NCBI GenBank assembly: GCA_964244245.1
Contig: CAXTHW010000010.1
Coordinates: forward strand, 52,764 to 116,763
DNA: 64,000 nt
From: an uncultured Rubrivivax sp.
GTDB lineage: Bacteria; Pseudomonadota; Gammaproteobacteria; Burkholderiales; Burkholderiaceae_C
Direction: 5' to 3'
In this document: positions 48,508 through 59,531 of the stretch, in pieces
Position numbering within the stretch: position 1 is the first letter of the stretch
Layout of the letters: each line of letters opens with the position of its first letter
Notes under the pieces: model-generated
Told to the model about the DNA's origin: nothing
The model's database searches: none
The model's input: only the letters and a program-made list of their open reading frames with translations
Made by a program: the position numbers and the translations under genes

Positions 48508-49347
48508 ATGCAGCCGCTGTCCCGCTACACCGTCTGCGAAGGGCGTGAGCTGCACTTCATGGAGTGGGGCGCGCAGAACGACGAGGTGGTGGTGGCCTGG
48601 CACGGGCTGGCGCGCACGGGGCGCGACATGGACCACATTGCGGCCCACCTGGCCGGCCGCTACCGCGTGCTGTGCCCCGACGCACTGGGCCGCGGCTTGA
48701 GCCAGTGGAGCCCGCAGCCGGCGCTCGAATACTGCCTGGCCTTCTACACGCGCCAGGCGGTGGCGCTGCTCGACCAACTGGGCGTCGGCGCCTGCCACTG
48801 GCTGGGCACGTCGATGGGTGGCGCCATCGGCCTGCAAGCCGCGGCGGGGCCTTTGCGGGGCCGCATCCAGCGGCTGGTGTTGAACGACATCGGCCCCCAG
48901 ATCGCCGACGCGGCTGTCGCACGCATCCGCAGTTATGCCGGCAGCCCGCCTGCATTCGACAGCATGGCGGAACTGGAGCAGTACTTTCGCGCCATCTATG
49001 CGCCCTATGGCTGGCTGAGTGACGCGCACTGGCGGCTGCTCACCGAAACGTCGATGCGCCGGCTGCCAGACGGCCGCGTGACGCCGCACTACGACCCGGC
49101 GATGGTGCAGCAGTTCATCCACCACCCGGACGACTATCTTCAATGGGCGGCGTGGGATTCGTTGACGCTGCCGGTGCTGTGCCTGCGCGGCGAAGACTCC
49201 GATCTGCTGCTGCCCGAAACGGCGGACGCGATGCGCCAGCGCGGGCCGCGCGCGGTGGTGGCCACCATTGCAGGCTGCGGCCACGCGCCGGCTTTGAACA
49301 CGCCGGCACAATGCGCCTTGGTCGAGCGCTTCCTCGTCGGCGGCTGA
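48508..49347 (+). CDS. Alpha/beta hydrolase (cytoplasmic)
   Basis: HGLART, GTSMGG, GHAP. Confidence 0.9.
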   Translation: MQPLSRYTVCEGRELHFMEWGAQNDEVVVAWHGLARTGRDMDHIAAHLAGRYRVLCPDALGRGLSQWSPQPALEYCLAFYTRQAVALLDQLGVGACHWLGTSMGGAIGLQAAAGPLRGRIQRLVLNDIGPQIADAAVARIRSYAGSPPAFDSMAELEQYFRAIYAPYGWLSDAHWRLLTETSMRRLPDGRVTPHYDPAMVQQFIHHPDDYLQWAAWDSLTLPVLCLRGEDSDLLLPETADAMRQRGPRAVVATIAGCGHAPALNTPAQCALVERFLVGG

Positions 49348-49358
49348 GCCGCCAGCCT

Positions 49359-49922
49359 TCACAGCGGCGGCACGCCCGTGAGTTGCAGCTTGAAGCGCAC
49401 CTGCACGTCGTTGGCAACCAGCGAGGTGTCTTTCCAGTCGCCATCGCCGATGCGGTAGTCCAGCCGCTTGACCGTGAAGCTGCCGCTGGCGGTGGTGACG
49501 GCGCCTGCCTGCGTCACGCTCACCGGCACCGTCACGTCCTGGCTCTGGCCCTTGATGACGAGCTTGCCCGCCACGTCGAAGCGGCCCGGGCCGGCCGCCT
49601 TCACGCTGCCGGACTGGAAGCTGGCCTGCGGGAATGCCTTGGTGTCGAACCAGTCCGGCTTGACGATCTCGGCCTCGGTCTCTGCGGTGCCGATGGCGGC
49701 GCTGGCGAGGTCGATGGTGAAGGCGATGCGCGCGGCTTCGGGCTTCTTCGGGTCGAAGGCGACCTGCGCGTCGAAGCGCTTGAAGCGGCCTTCCACCGGC
49801 ACGCCCATCTGCCGGCTGGTGAAGACGATCTCGCTTTGCGCCGGCAGCAGCTTCTGCTGGGCGATGGCGCCAGAGACGGCAAGCGCCAGCAGCAGCGCCA
49901 GCGCGGGACGGTGGAATGGCAT
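49359..49922 (-). CDS. yceI: YceI-family lipid/polyisoprenoid-binding protein
   Basis: Signal peptide, VEGRF, WFDTKAFP. Confidence 0.9.
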   Translation of the reverse strand: MPFHRPALALLLALAVSGAIAQQKLLPAQSEIVFTSRQMGVPVEGRFKRFDAQVAFDPKKPEAARIAFTIDLASAAIGTAETEAEIVKPDWFDTKAFPQASFQSGSVKAAGPGRFDVAGKLVIKGQSQDVTVPVSVTQAGAVTTASGSFTVKRLDYRIGDGDWKDTSLVANDVQVRFKLQLTGVPPL

Positions 49923-49932
49923 GGACTGTCCT

Positions 49933-50475
49933 TCAGCCGCGCTGCGGCCACATCCGGTTCAGCAGCCCGTCATGATCGACGAACTGGTGCTTGAGCGCCG
50001 CGGCCACGTGCAGCAGCACCAGCGCCGCCAAGGCCCAGGCCAGCGCGCCGTGCCAGGGCTTGATGGCGGCGGCCAGCACCTTGTCCGCAGCCACCAGGTC
50101 CGGCAGCGGCAGCAGGCCGAACAGCACCACCGGAAAGCCCGCGGCCGAGCTGTAGGCCCAGCCGACCAGCGGCACCGCCAGGAACAGCAGGTAGAAGATG
50201 CCGTGCGTCAGATGCGCGGCGCGCGCCTGCCAGGCAGCCATCGGCAAGTCGGCCGGTGGCCGGTGGCCGATGCGCCACAGCAGGCGCAGCACCGACAGCG
50301 CCAGGATGCAGACGCCGGCCCATTTGTGCCAGTTGAAGAGCTGAAGCCGGCGCGGCGAGAACGGCATGCCGGCCATCGTGAGCCCCACGGTGAAGGACAC
50401 GGCCAGCGCCGCCGCCAGCAGCCAGTGCAGCGTGATCGCGGGCAGCGTGTAGCGGGTGGGGGCGGGGCGGGGCAT
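49933..50475 (-). CDS. yceJ: Cytochrome b561
   Basis: LHWL, HKWAG, HGIFY, WHG..LHVAAALKHQF heme His pattern. Confidence 0.9.
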   Translation of the reverse strand: MPRPAPTRYTLPAITLHWLLAAALAVSFTVGLTMAGMPFSPRRLQLFNWHKWAGVCILALSVLRLLWRIGHRPPADLPMAAWQARAAHLTHGIFYLLFLAVPLVGWAYSSAAGFPVVLFGLLPLPDLVAADKVLAAAIKPWHGALAWALAALVLLHVAAALKHQFVDHDGLLNRMWPQRG

Positions 50476-50581
50476 GGTCGCGGGCTGGCATCGGCGAGGC
50501 CCGAGTATCCGCCGTCGCAAAGGGGCGGGCGCTCTGCCTAGAATGGCCGGTTCCGCCCACGCCACACCCCCTCCCGAGCCC

Positions 50582-53500
50582 ATGTCGTCCGGCCTCATTC
50601 GCATCCGTGGTGCGCGCCAGCACAACCTGAAGAACCTCGACCTGGACATCCACACCGGCGAGATGACGGTGGTTACCGGGCCCAGCGGCTCGGGCAAGTC
50701 GAGCCTGGTGTTCGACACGCTGTATGCCGAAGGCCAGCGCCGCTACGTCGAAACCTTCAGCGCCTACGCCCGCCAGTTCCTCGACCGGATGGACCGGCCG
50801 GCGGTGGACCGGGTGGACGGCGTGCCGCCGGCCATCGCCATCGACCAGACCAACCCGGTGCGCACCAGCCGCAGCACGGTCGGCACGATGACCGAGCTGA
50901 ACGACCACCTGAAGCTGCTCTTCGCCCGCGCCGCGCAGCTCTTCGACCAGCAGACCGCGCTGCCGGTGCGGCACGACACGCCCGAGACGATCTATGCCGA
51001 TCTGCAGGCGCGTGCAGAAGCTGCAGGAGACCCGCGCCTGGTGCTGACCTTTCCGGTGGAGCTGCCCGGCGACACCACGCCAGAGCAGCAGGCGCAGTGG
51101 CTGTCGGCCAGCGGCTTTACACGCGTGCAGGGCGAGCGCACGGTCGGCACGCGCAAGCTGCTGGACGTGGTGGCCGACCGCCTGCGCCTGGGCAGTGCAG
51201 AGAAGGTGCGCGTGATGGAGGCCATCGAGCTGTCGCTCAAGCGCGGCAGCGGGCGGCTCAGCGTCTTCGCCGGGGACGATGGTGCCACGCTGTGGCGCTA
51301 CAGCACCGGCCTGCACTGCCCCGAAAGCGACCAGCGCTATGCCGACCCGCAGCCGGCGATGTTCAGCTTCAACAGTGCCTATGGCGCCTGCGACACCTGC
51401 CGCGGCTTCGGCCGCGTGATCGGCGTCGATTTCGGCCTGGTGATCCCCGACGAGCGCAAGACGCTGCGCAACGGCGCCATCAAGCCGATGCAGACACCGG
51501 CTTGGAAGGACTGCCAGGACGACCTCATCAAGTACGCCGGCGAGGCCGGCATCCCGCGCGACACCGCCTGGAGCATGCTCACGCAGGCCCAGCGCGACTG
51601 GGTGGTGGAAGGCTCGCCGCACTGGACGGGCAACTGGAACAAGCAGTGGTACGGCGTGCGCCGCTTCTTCGGCTACCTGGAGAGCAAGGCCTACAAGATG
51701 CACATCCGCGTGCTCTTGTCGAAGTACCGCAGCTACACGCCCTGCGGCGTCTGCGGCGGCGCGCGGCTGAAGCTGGAGGCGCTGCTCTGGCGCATCGGCA
51801 GCCGGGCCGATGCCGACGGCGTGCTGCCGCCGGCCACGCGCCAGCAGGCTTCTTCACGCTTCATGCCGGTGGGCGTGCCGTGGAGCCGGGAGCAGCTCGA
51901 AGCCTTGCCGGGGCTGCACCTGCACGACCTGATGCAGCTCAGCATCGAACGCCTGCGCCGTTTCTTCGACGGCCTGACGCTGCCCAGCACCATGCTCGAC
52001 GAAGCGCTGAAGCTGCTGCTCGACGAAGTGCGCACGCGGCTCAAGTACCTGTGCGACGTGGGCCTGCACTACCTCAGCCTGGACCGCCAGAGCCGCACGC
52101 TCAGCGGCGGCGAGGTGCAGCGCATCAACCTCACCACCGCGCTCGGCACCAGCCTCGTCAACACCATGTTCGTGCTCGACGAGCCCAGCATCGGCCTGCA
52201 CCCGCGCGACATGAACCGCATCGTGCAGGCCATGCACCGGCTGCGCGACGCGGGCAACACGCTGGTGGTGGTGGAGCATGACCCGGCGGTGATGCTGGCC
52301 GCCGACCGGCTCATCGACATGGGCCCGGGCCCGGGCGAGCGCGGCGGGCAGATCGTCTTCGACGGCACGCCCGACGCGGCACGCCATGCCGACACGCTGA
52401 CCGGCGCCTACCTGGGTGGCCGCAAGCAGGTCAGCAGCGGCTTTCGCCGGCTGGTGGACGGCGCCACGCCCAAGCTGGTGCTGGAAGGTGCGCGCGACCA
52501 TAACCTGCAAAGCGTGACGGTGGAACTGCCGCTGCAACGGCTGGTGGTGGTCACCGGCGTCAGCGGCTCGGGCAAGAGCACCTTGATCCAGGACGTGCTG
52601 TACCCGGCGCTGGCCCGCCACTTCGGCAAGGCGACCGAAACGCCAGGCGCGCACGACCGGCTGCTGGGCGCCGACTGGCTGAGCGACGCGGTGTTCGTCG
52701 ATCAAAGCCCCATCGGCAAGACGGCGCGCAGCAACCCGGCCAGCTACGTGGGCGCCTTCGACGAGTTGCGCAAGATTTTTGCCGATGCGCCGCTGGCGCG
52801 CGAGCGCAGCTACAGCGCCACCACGTTCAGCTTCAACGCAGGTGACGGCCGTTGCCCCACCTGCGGCGGCTCGGGCTTCGAGCATGTGGAGATGCAGTTC
52901 CTCAGCGACGTCTATCTGCGCTGCCCCGACTGCGACGGCCGTCGCTACCGCGCCGAAATCCTCGACGTCAAGGTGGTGCGCGGGCCGATGCAGTTGAGCA
53001 TTGCCGACACGCTGGACCTGACGGTGGCCGAGGCGGCGCACTGGTTCCAGAACGACCGCGAGGTGGTGGCGCGGCTGCAGCCCATCATCGACGTCGGCCT
53101 CGACTACGTGCGCCTGGGCCAGCCGGTGCCCACCTTGTCCGGTGGCGAGGCGCAGCGGCTCAAGCTGGCCGGCTTCCTGGCGGATGCAGCGACGGGTCCA
53201 CGCCAGCCCGCCGCCAAACGCGGCACGCTTTTCCTGTTCGACGAGCCCACCACGGGCCTGCACTTCGACGACATCGCCAAGCTGATGCGCGCATTGCGCA
53301 AGCTGATGGACGCAGGGCATTCGCTGCTGGTGATCGAGCACAACCTGGACGTGATCCGTGCGGCCGACTGGATCGTCGATCTCGGCCCCGAAGGCGGCGA
53401 AGGCGGCGGCCATGTCGTCTGCGTCGGCACGCCGGACGACGTGAAGGCGCATGCCACGTCGCACACCGGGCTGGCGCTGCGCGAGTACGAGACGACGCTG

Positions 53501-56290
53501 GGCGTGGGTGTGCCGCAAGCGCAGGAAGGCCGGCCGCTGCAGTCCGTCGTGCGCGCGCAGCGGCAGGCGCGGCGGCTGCTGGACGACAGCATCCGCATCG
53601 TCAACGCGAAAGAGCACAACCTCAAGAGCCTGAGCGTCGATATCCCGCGCGGCAAGTTCAACGTGGTCACCGGCGTCAGCGGCTCGGGCAAGAGCACGCT
53701 GGCCTTCGACATCCTGTTCAACGAAGGCCAGCGCCGCTATCTGGAAAGCCTGAATGCCTATGCGCGCAGCATCGTGCAGCCGGCGGGGCGGCCCGAGGTC
53801 GATGCCGTCTATGGCATTCCGCCCACGGTTGCCATCGAGCAGCGCCTGTCCCGCGGCGGGCGCAAGAGCACGGTTGCCACCACCACCGAGGTCTGGCATT
53901 TCCTGCGCCTCTTGTGGGTGAAGCTGGGCCTGCAGCACTGCGTGAACGACGGCGCGCCGGTGCGGGCGCAGAGTGCCGAGAGCATCGCCGCGCAACTGCT
54001 GCGCGACCCGTCCTTGGGTGGACACATGGGCCAGCATGTCGGCCTGCTGGCGCCGCTGGTCATCAACCGCAAGGGCGTCTATACCGACCTTGCCAAGTGG
54101 GCCAAGGCGCGCGGCCACACGCATCTGCGGGTGGATGGCGAGTTCCTGCCGCTGACGCCGTTCCCCAGGCTCGACCGCTTCAAGGAGCACACGCTGGAGC
54201 TGCCTGTCGGCGACATCGTCGTCACGCCGGAGAACGAGGCAGAACTGCGCGCGCTGCTGAGCAAGACGCTGGAGCTGGGCAAGGGCGTGCTGCATCTGCT
54301 GCACCCGCTGGACGGGCTGGTGGAGTCGCTCAACCTGTTCGGCGCCGGCATGGGCGTCGGCGAGCTGAAGGTGTTCTCCACCAAGCGCGCCTGCCCCGTC
54401 TGCGGCACCAGCTACCCCGAGCTGGACCCGCGGATGTTCAGCTACAACAGCAAGCATGGCTGGTGCAGCACCTGCGTCGGCACCGGGCTGGCGCTGACGC
54501 GCGAGCAGCGCAAGGCCTACGACGACTCGGTGCGTGACGACGAGAGCAAAGGCCGCGAGCAGAGCTTCCCCGCCGAGGAGGCCGAGGTCGAAGGCGTCGA
54601 GGACGTGCAGTGCCCCGACTGCCACGGCGCGCGGCTGAACCCGGCGGCACGCGGCGTCACCTTCGACAGCCAGGCCATCAGCGACATCGCCGCGCTGTCG
54701 GTGCGCGACAGCCAGCGCTGGATCGACGCGCTGGCGCTCACCGGGCGCGACGCCGACATCGCGCGCGACGTGGTGGTGGAGATCAAGAGCCGGCTCGAAT
54801 TCCTCGGCGAAGTGGGCCTGGGCTACCTGACGCTGGACCGCGCCGCGCCCACGCTCAGCGGCGGCGAGGCGCAGCGCATCCGGCTGGCGGCGCAGCTCGG
54901 CAGCAACCTGCAAGGCGTCTGCTACGTGCTGGACGAGCCGACGATCGGCCTGCACCCGCGCGACAACGGCATCTTGCTGAACGCACTGGCCAAGCTGGGC
55001 GACAAGGGCAACACGCTGGTGGTGGTGGAGCACGACGAAGACACCATCCGCCGTGCCGACCACATCATCGACATCGGCCCCGGTGCCGGCAAGCGCGGCG
55101 GCACGCTGGTGGCGCAGGGCACCGCGGCTGATCTGGCGGGCGTTGCCGCGTCGGTGACGGGCCGCTTCCTGGCGCAGCCGCTGTTGCACCCGCTGCATGC
55201 GCGGCGCGTGGTGGAGCCCGGCGCACCGGCGCTGCGGCTGCTGGGTGCGTCGCTGCACAACCTGCAAAGCGTGGGTGTCGATGTGCCGCTGCAACGGCTG
55301 GTGGCCGTCAGCGGCGTCAGCGGCTCGGGCAAGAGCACGCTGGCGCGCGACGTGCTGCTGGCCAACGTGCAGGCGGTGGTGGCGATGAAGGCCACCAAGG
55401 CCGGCCGCGACAGCCTGGCCGCGGGCCGGCTGCCGGCCTTGGTCGGCTGCACCGGGCTGGTCGGCTTCGGCCCGATCGACCGCGTGCTGGAGGTCGATCA
55501 AACACCCATCGGCAAGACGCCGCGCTCCTGCCCGGCCACCTACATCGGCTTCTGGGACACCATCCGCAAGCTGTTCACCGAAACGCTGGAGGCCAAGGCG
55601 CGCGGCTATGCCGCGGCCCGCTTCAGCTTCAACACGGGAGACGGCCGCTGCCCTGCTTGCGAAGGCCAGGGCCTGCGCACCATCGCGATGAGCTTTCTGC
55701 CCGACGTCAAGGTGCCCTGCGACGCCTGCCACGGCGCCCGCTTCAACCCCGAGACGCTGGCAGTGAGCTGGCGCGGAAAAAGCATCGGCGACGTGCTCCA
55801 GATGGAGGTGGACGAAGCGGTCGATTTCTTTGCCAGCATGCCGAACATCAGCCACCCGCTGCAGTTGCTGAAAGACGTGGGCCTGGGCTACTTGACGCTG
55901 GGCCAGCCCAGCCCCACGCTGAGCGGCGGCGAGGCGCAGCGCATCAAGCTGGTGACCGAACTCAGCAAGGTGCGCGACGACGTCACGCGCCGCGGCAACA
56001 AGCCGCCGCACACGCTGTACGTGCTGGACGAGCCGACCGTCGGCCTGCACATGGCCGACGTGGAGCGGCTGATCCGCGTGCTGCACCGGCTGGTGGACGG
56101 CGGCCACAGCGTGGTGGTGATCGAGCACGACCTGGACGTGATCGCAGAAGCCGACTGGGTCATCGACCTGGGGCCCGAAGGCGGCGGTGAAGGCGGCCGC
56201 GTGGTGGTGGCCGGGCCGCCGGAGGCGGTGGTGGCGGCCGGGTCGCACACGGGAGTGGCGCTGGCGCCGGTGTTGTCACGCGGGGGGTGA
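50582..56290 (+). CDS. uvrA: Double-length (tandem) UvrA-family ABC ATPase, about 1902 aa
   Basis: Four G(P/V)SGSGKS Walker A, four LSGGE signatures, four DEP(S/T)xGLH motifs, several CxxC; -10-like TAGAAT at 50539. Confidence 0.95.
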   Translation: MSSGLIRIRGARQHNLKNLDLDIHTGEMTVVTGPSGSGKSSLVFDTLYAEGQRRYVETFSAYARQFLDRMDRPAVDRVDGVPPAIAIDQTNPVRTSRSTVGTMTELNDHLKLLFARAAQLFDQQTALPVRHDTPETIYADLQARAEAAGDPRLVLTFPVELPGDTTPEQQAQWLSASGFTRVQGERTVGTRKLLDVVADRLRLGSAEKVRVMEAIELSLKRGSGRLSVFAGDDGATLWRYSTGLHCPESDQRYADPQPAMFSFNSAYGACDTCRGFGRVIGVDFGLVIPDERKTLRNGAIKPMQTPAWKDCQDDLIKYAGEAGIPRDTAWSMLTQAQRDWVVEGSPHWTGNWNKQWYGVRRFFGYLESKAYKMHIRVLLSKYRSYTPCGVCGGARLKLEALLWRIGSRADADGVLPPATRQQASSRFMPVGVPWSREQLEALPGLHLHDLMQLSIERLRRFFDGLTLPSTMLDEALKLLLDEVRTRLKYLCDVGLHYLSLDRQSRTLSGGEVQRINLTTALGTSLVNTMFVLDEPSIGLHPRDMNRIVQAMHRLRDAGNTLVVVEHDPAVMLAADRLIDMGPGPGERGGQIVFDGTPDAARHADTLTGAYLGGRKQVSSGFRRLVDGATPKLVLEGARDHNLQSVTVELPLQRLVVVTGVSGSGKSTLIQDVLYPALARHFGKATETPGAHDRLLGADWLSDAVFVDQSPIGKTARSNPASYVGAFDELRKIFADAPLARERSYSATTFSFNAGDGRCPTCGGSGFEHVEMQFLSDVYLRCPDCDGRRYRAEILDVKVVRGPMQLSIADTLDLTVAEAAHWFQNDREVVARLQPIIDVGLDYVRLGQPVPTLSGGEAQRLKLAGFLADAATGPRQPAAKRGTLFLFDEPTTGLHFDDIAKLMRALRKLMDAGHSLLVIEHNLDVIRAADWIVDLGPEGGEGGGHVVCVGTPDDVKAHATSHTGLALREYETTLGVGVPQAQEGRPLQSVVRAQRQARRLLDDSIRIVNAKEHNLKSLSVDIPRGKFNVVTGVSGSGKSTLAFDILFNEGQRRYLESLNAYARSIVQPAGRPEVDAVYGIPPTVAIEQRLSRGGRKSTVATTTEVWHFLRLLWVKLGLQHCVNDGAPVRAQSAESIAAQLLRDPSLGGHMGQHVGLLAPLVINRKGVYTDLAKWAKARGHTHLRVDGEFLPLTPFPRLDRFKEHTLELPVGDIVVTPENEAELRALLSKTLELGKGVLHLLHPLDGLVESLNLFGAGMGVGELKVFSTKRACPVCGTSYPELDPRMFSYNSKHGWCSTCVGTGLALTREQRKAYDDSVRDDESKGREQSFPAEEAEVEGVEDVQCPDCHGARLNPAARGVTFDSQAISDIAALSVRDSQRWIDALALTGRDADIARDVVVEIKSRLEFLGEVGLGYLTLDRAAPTLSGGEAQRIRLAAQLGSNLQGVCYVLDEPTIGLHPRDNGILLNALAKLGDKGNTLVVVEHDEDTIRRADHIIDIGPGAGKRGGTLVAQGTAADLAGVAASVTGRFLAQPLLHPLHARRVVEPGAPALRLLGASLHNLQSVGVDVPLQRLVAVSGVSGSGKSTLARDVLLANVQAVVAMKATKAGRDSLAAGRLPALVGCTGLVGFGPIDRVLEVDQTPIGKTPRSCPATYIGFWDTIRKLFTETLEAKARGYAAARFSFNTGDGRCPACEGQGLRTIAMSFLPDVKVPCDACHGARFNPETLAVSWRGKSIGDVLQMEVDEAVDFFASMPNISHPLQLLKDVGLGYLTLGQPSPTLSGGEAQRIKLVTELSKVRDDVTRRGNKPPHTLYVLDEPTVGLHMADVERLIRVLHRLVDGGHSVVVIEHDLDVIAEADWVIDLGPEGGGEGGRVVVAGPPEAVVAAGSHTGVALAPVLSRGG

Positions 56291-56809
56291 CGGAGAGAGG
56301 CGACGAATCCACAACGCCGCGCGCTGCGCTTCCGCGGGGTCTTCCAATTCGGCTGCCCGGCTCAGGGCGTCGGCTAGTCGCACAACCCCGTGCTTGAGCA
56401 AGGCACGGTTGAATAGTGCGTCTTTCTCACGGGCGGCACATGCCTTTGAAACGAACAAGTCCACCGGGTCCAGGCAGTAGGCAACACGGCCATTGGTTTC
56501 GTCGTTCTGCAAACGGACCAGCCGTTCTTGCCACCCGTTCGGAAGATGCGCGGTTTCCGGCGAGACGCCCTGCGCGTAGTAGCCAAAGCGATCATGAAAC
56601 ATCGACAGTTCGCCGATGCTGCCATCGATCAAATCGGCCAACTCGGGCGCCTGCATCGGATAGATGTCAGCCTCCATGGAGAGGACGCATTCCGGCGGCG
56701 GCCTGTCGATGGCCCCGACGATGGATTGGCTGCCGACCACCACGAACTCGTACTGGTTCGTGATCTCGGCTGCTGCGCGAATCAGGTGGGCGAGTTGCGA
56801 CCTTTGCAT
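56276..56809 (-). CDS. Predicted nucleotidyltransferase-fold protein (DUF6036-like)
   Basis: MQRSQLAHLIRAA, VVVGSQS..SMEAD (hG[GS]..[DE]xD pattern), DLFVSK..A.REKD. Confidence 0.75.
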   Translation of the reverse strand: MQRSQLAHLIRAAAEITNQYEFVVVGSQSIVGAIDRPPPECVLSMEADIYPMQAPELADLIDGSIGELSMFHDRFGYYAQGVSPETAHLPNGWQERLVRLQNDETNGRVAYCLDPVDLFVSKACAAREKDALFNRALLKHGVVRLADALSRAAELEDPAEAQRAALWIRRLSPSPPA

Positions 56810-57102
56810 GCGCGGATGATCTCCAGTCGCCGCGCAGCAGGCAACGCCCGCCCCAACGGTGACGCCTGGCGCAACTGCTGGCCTCGATCCGTCCGTGCCA
56901 GGGCACGGCCCCATTCGCCGCTGGTCAAGATACTGCGCCATTCGTCGCGTAGCGGCTTGGAAGAGGCAGCAGCCACGGTTTCCCAGTGGTCCAGCGTCGC
57001 AAGCACGGCCTCCAGCCGAGACGGCTCGCGGCGCAGTGCTTCCAGTGCCGCTTCCGTCAACAGAAGGCTCTGCAAATCGCTGGTGCTGTGATCCGGGTCC
57101 AT
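56782..57102 (-). CDS. Small helical hypothetical protein, putative antitoxin/partner
   Basis: 106 aa with W..W..LRQASPL motif; overlaps the NTase start by 28 bp. Confidence 0.7.
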   Translation of the reverse strand: MDPDHSTSDLQSLLLTEAALEALRREPSRLEAVLATLDHWETVAAASSKPLRDEWRSILTSGEWGRALARTDRGQQLRQASPLGRALPAARRLEIIRACKGRNSPT

Positions 57103-57165
57103 GGCCGAAGCCTACCGCGCGCATGCGACTTCGAGCAAGATATCCAGGCCCGCTTGATCTGCCCA

Positions 57166-57625
57166 ATGCTGCAACCCGACCTCGTCTTCCGCCTCGCCAA
57201 CAGCGCCGCGCTGCTGGCCTGGATCGCCTTGCTGTGCTCCCCACCCGAGGCGCGCTGGAGCGCTGCGGTGCGGCGCGTCACCGGCCGCGTGCTGCCACTG
57301 CTCCTTTTGCCTGCTCTACGTCGTGATGCTGCTGGCCTACTGGCCCGGGCAAGGCGGCTTCGGCACGCTTGCCGAGGTGCGCATCTTGTTCGACATACCG
57401 GGCATGCTGGCGGCAGGCTGGATCCACTACCTGGCCTTCGACCTGTTCGTCGGCAGTTGGATCGCCGCGCGCGGTGCGGCCTTGCGCCTGCCGCACTGGC
57501 AACTGTTGCCCGTGCTGCTGCTGACGTTTCTCTTCGGCCCGGCCGGCCTGCTGGCCTTCATGCTGCTGCGCGCCGTGCGGCGCCCGGCCTCGTTGCTTGG
57601 CGCAGCGCAGGACGGCGAGGCGTGA
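57166..57625 (+). pseudogene. ABA4-like (DUF4281) membrane protein gene split by a +1 frameshift
   Basis: N-part MLQPDLVFRLANSAALLAW continues as LLC-LLYVVM..GGFGTL..WIHYLAFDLFVG..GPAG only if one T of TTTT at 57305-57308 is removed. Confidence 0.8.
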
Positions 57626-58437
57626 TGATGATGGCCTTGCGATCCCTGCGCGGCCTGCTGCGCGAGGCGCTGCGCCGCGAGCGCCGCCTCACGCTGCTGG
57701 CGCTGGCGATGTGGCTGGCGATGCTGCCCACGCTGGCGGCCTGGGCGCTGGACGGCCACCTGCTGCGCGGCGCCAGCGTCTGGCTCAAGCCGCTGAAGTT
57801 CATGGCCTCGGTGGGGCAGTTCGCGTTCACCACCGCGTGGTTCGTCGGCCTGCTGCCGGCCGAGCGCCGCCGCTCGCTCGCGGTGCATCTGATCACGTGG
57901 ACCATCACCGTCGGCGGCACGGCCGAGGTGGCCTACATCACGCTGCAGGCGGCGCTGGGGCAGCCCTCGCACTACAACCGCAGCGACGCGCTGCACATCG
58001 CGCTCTATGCGGCGATGGGCGCCACGGCGCTGGCGATGACGGCGACGCAGGCGGTGCTGGCCTGGCAGATCGTGCGCCACGGCCGCGCTGACGTGCAGCC
58101 GCTGTGGCGCGCTGCCGTCGTCACCGGGCTGCTGATGACCTTCTTGCTCGGTGCTGGCGCAGGCGCGCCGCTGAGCGCGCTGCAGCCGCCCGATGGCGGC
58201 CTGCCCGTGCTCGGCTGGCACCTCGGCGGCGACCTGCGGCCGGCGCACTTCATCGGCATGCATGCCGCACAGTGCATCCCGCTGCTCGGCTGGGCGCTGC
58301 TGCCGTTGCCGCCCGCACAAGGCCGCCGTGCGCTGTTGCTCTGCGTGCTGGCTTATGCCGCGCTGTGGGCGGCTCTGCTCGCGCTGGGCCTGCACGGCGC
58401 GCGGCTGCCCGTGCCGGTGCCTGGGCTGCCGCTCTGA
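57622..58437 (+). CDS. Hypothetical integral membrane protein coupled to the ABA4-like gene
   Basis: WLKPLKF, Q..LGQPSHYN, GDLRPAHFIGMHAAQ; GTGA overlap. Confidence 0.75.
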   Translation: MMMMALRSLRGLLREALRRERRLTLLALAMWLAMLPTLAAWALDGHLLRGASVWLKPLKFMASVGQFAFTTAWFVGLLPAERRRSLAVHLITWTITVGGTAEVAYITLQAALGQPSHYNRSDALHIALYAAMGATALAMTATQAVLAWQIVRHGRADVQPLWRAAVVTGLLMTFLLGAGAGAPLSALQPPDGGLPVLGWHLGGDLRPAHFIGMHAAQCIPLLGWALLPLPPAQGRRALLLCVLAYAALWAALLALGLHGARLPVPVPGLPL

Positions 58438-58499
58438 CAAGGCTTCAGGCACGGATGTTGCGGCAGAATGCCCGCCACCCTGCCAGCGAAAGCCCCACG

Positions 58500-59525
58500 A
58501 TGCGCCTGCCCTTGCCTTCAACTCTCGCCTGCGCCGCAGCGGCCGGCCTGCTGCTGCTGGCCGGCCCGGCCGCGGCGCAGGTGGTGCTCACCGCGTCGTC
58601 CTGGGTGCCGCCGTCGCACATGCTGACCGAGACGATGAAAGACTGGTGCGGCCAGCTCGAGCAAAAGACGCAGGGCAAGGCCAAGTGCAACATCCTGCCG
58701 CGCGCGGTGGCCGCGCCGCCAGCCAGCTTCGACGCGGTGCGCAACGGTCTGGCCGACCTGTCGTTCACGGTGCACGGCTACACGCCGGGCCGCTTCATCA
58801 CCACGCAGATGGCAGAAATGCCCTTCCTCGGTGACTCGGCGGAGGCCGCGTCGGTGGCCTACCAGCGCATGTTCGCCAAGACGCCGGCCATCGGCGACGA
58901 GCACAAGGGCGTCAAGGTCATCACCGTCTTCACCCACGGCCCCGGCATGGTGTTCAACACCAAGCGGCCCGTCACCAAGATCGACGACCTGGCGGGTTTG
59001 AAGTTCCGCATCGGCGGCGGCCTGGTGGGCGACATCAGCAAGGCGCTGGGGATGAACGTGACGCTCAAGCCGTCCACTGAAAACTACGAGTTGTTGTCCA
59101 CCGGCGTGATGGACGGCACCTTGTTCCCGGCCGAGTCGGTGGAGGCTTTCAAGATCGACAAGATCGTCAAGTACGGCACCAGTTTCCCGGGCGGCCTGTA
59201 CAACACCAGCTTCGTGTTCATGATGAACCAGGCCAAGTACGACGCGCTGCCGCCCGACGTGAAGAAGGCCGTCGATGAACTGTCGGGCGAGCCCGCAGCG
59301 CGCATGTTCGGCCGCGGCTGGGACAAGGTGGACAGGCGCGGCATGGCCTTCATGCAGGCCGGCGGTGTGCAGTTCACCAAGGCCGACGCGGCCTTCGTCA
59401 AGGCCGTGGCTGCGAAGACCGCGCCGCTGGAAGACAACTGGGCGCAGGCCGCCGAGGCCAAGGGTCTGAAAGGCGCGAAGAAGGCGCTGGCCGACTACCG
59501 CGCCGAAATCAAGAAGCTCCAGTAA
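58500..59525 (+). CDS. dctP: TRAP transporter substrate-binding protein
   Basis: Signal peptide, TPGRF, GLKFR, GVMDG. Confidence 0.92.
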   Translation: MRLPLPSTLACAAAAGLLLLAGPAAAQVVLTASSWVPPSHMLTETMKDWCGQLEQKTQGKAKCNILPRAVAAPPASFDAVRNGLADLSFTVHGYTPGRFITTQMAEMPFLGDSAEAASVAYQRMFAKTPAIGDEHKGVKVITVFTHGPGMVFNTKRPVTKIDDLAGLKFRIGGGLVGDISKALGMNVTLKPSTENYELLSTGVMDGTLFPAESVEAFKIDKIVKYGTSFPGGLYNTSFVFMMNQAKYDALPPDVKKAVDELSGEPAARMFGRGWDKVDRRGMAFMQAGGVQFTKADAAFVKAVAAKTAPLEDNWAQAAEAKGLKGAKKALADYRAEIKKLQ

Positions 59526-59531
59526 GCGCGC

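Noticed and set aside
50476-50581. SOS (LexA) box upstream of uvrA
   Set aside because: No CTGT-N8-ACAG found by eye
51854-56248. 1464-aa antisense ORF over uvrA, and similar long antisense ORFs (2308-4884, 10439-13345, 27858-29816, 45630-region shadows)
   Set aside because: Shadow ORFs expected opposite high-GC3 genes; no recognisable motifs
56290-57165. Insertion sequence or transposon boundaries around the low-GC module
   Set aside because: No transposase, terminal inverted repeats or target duplication seen
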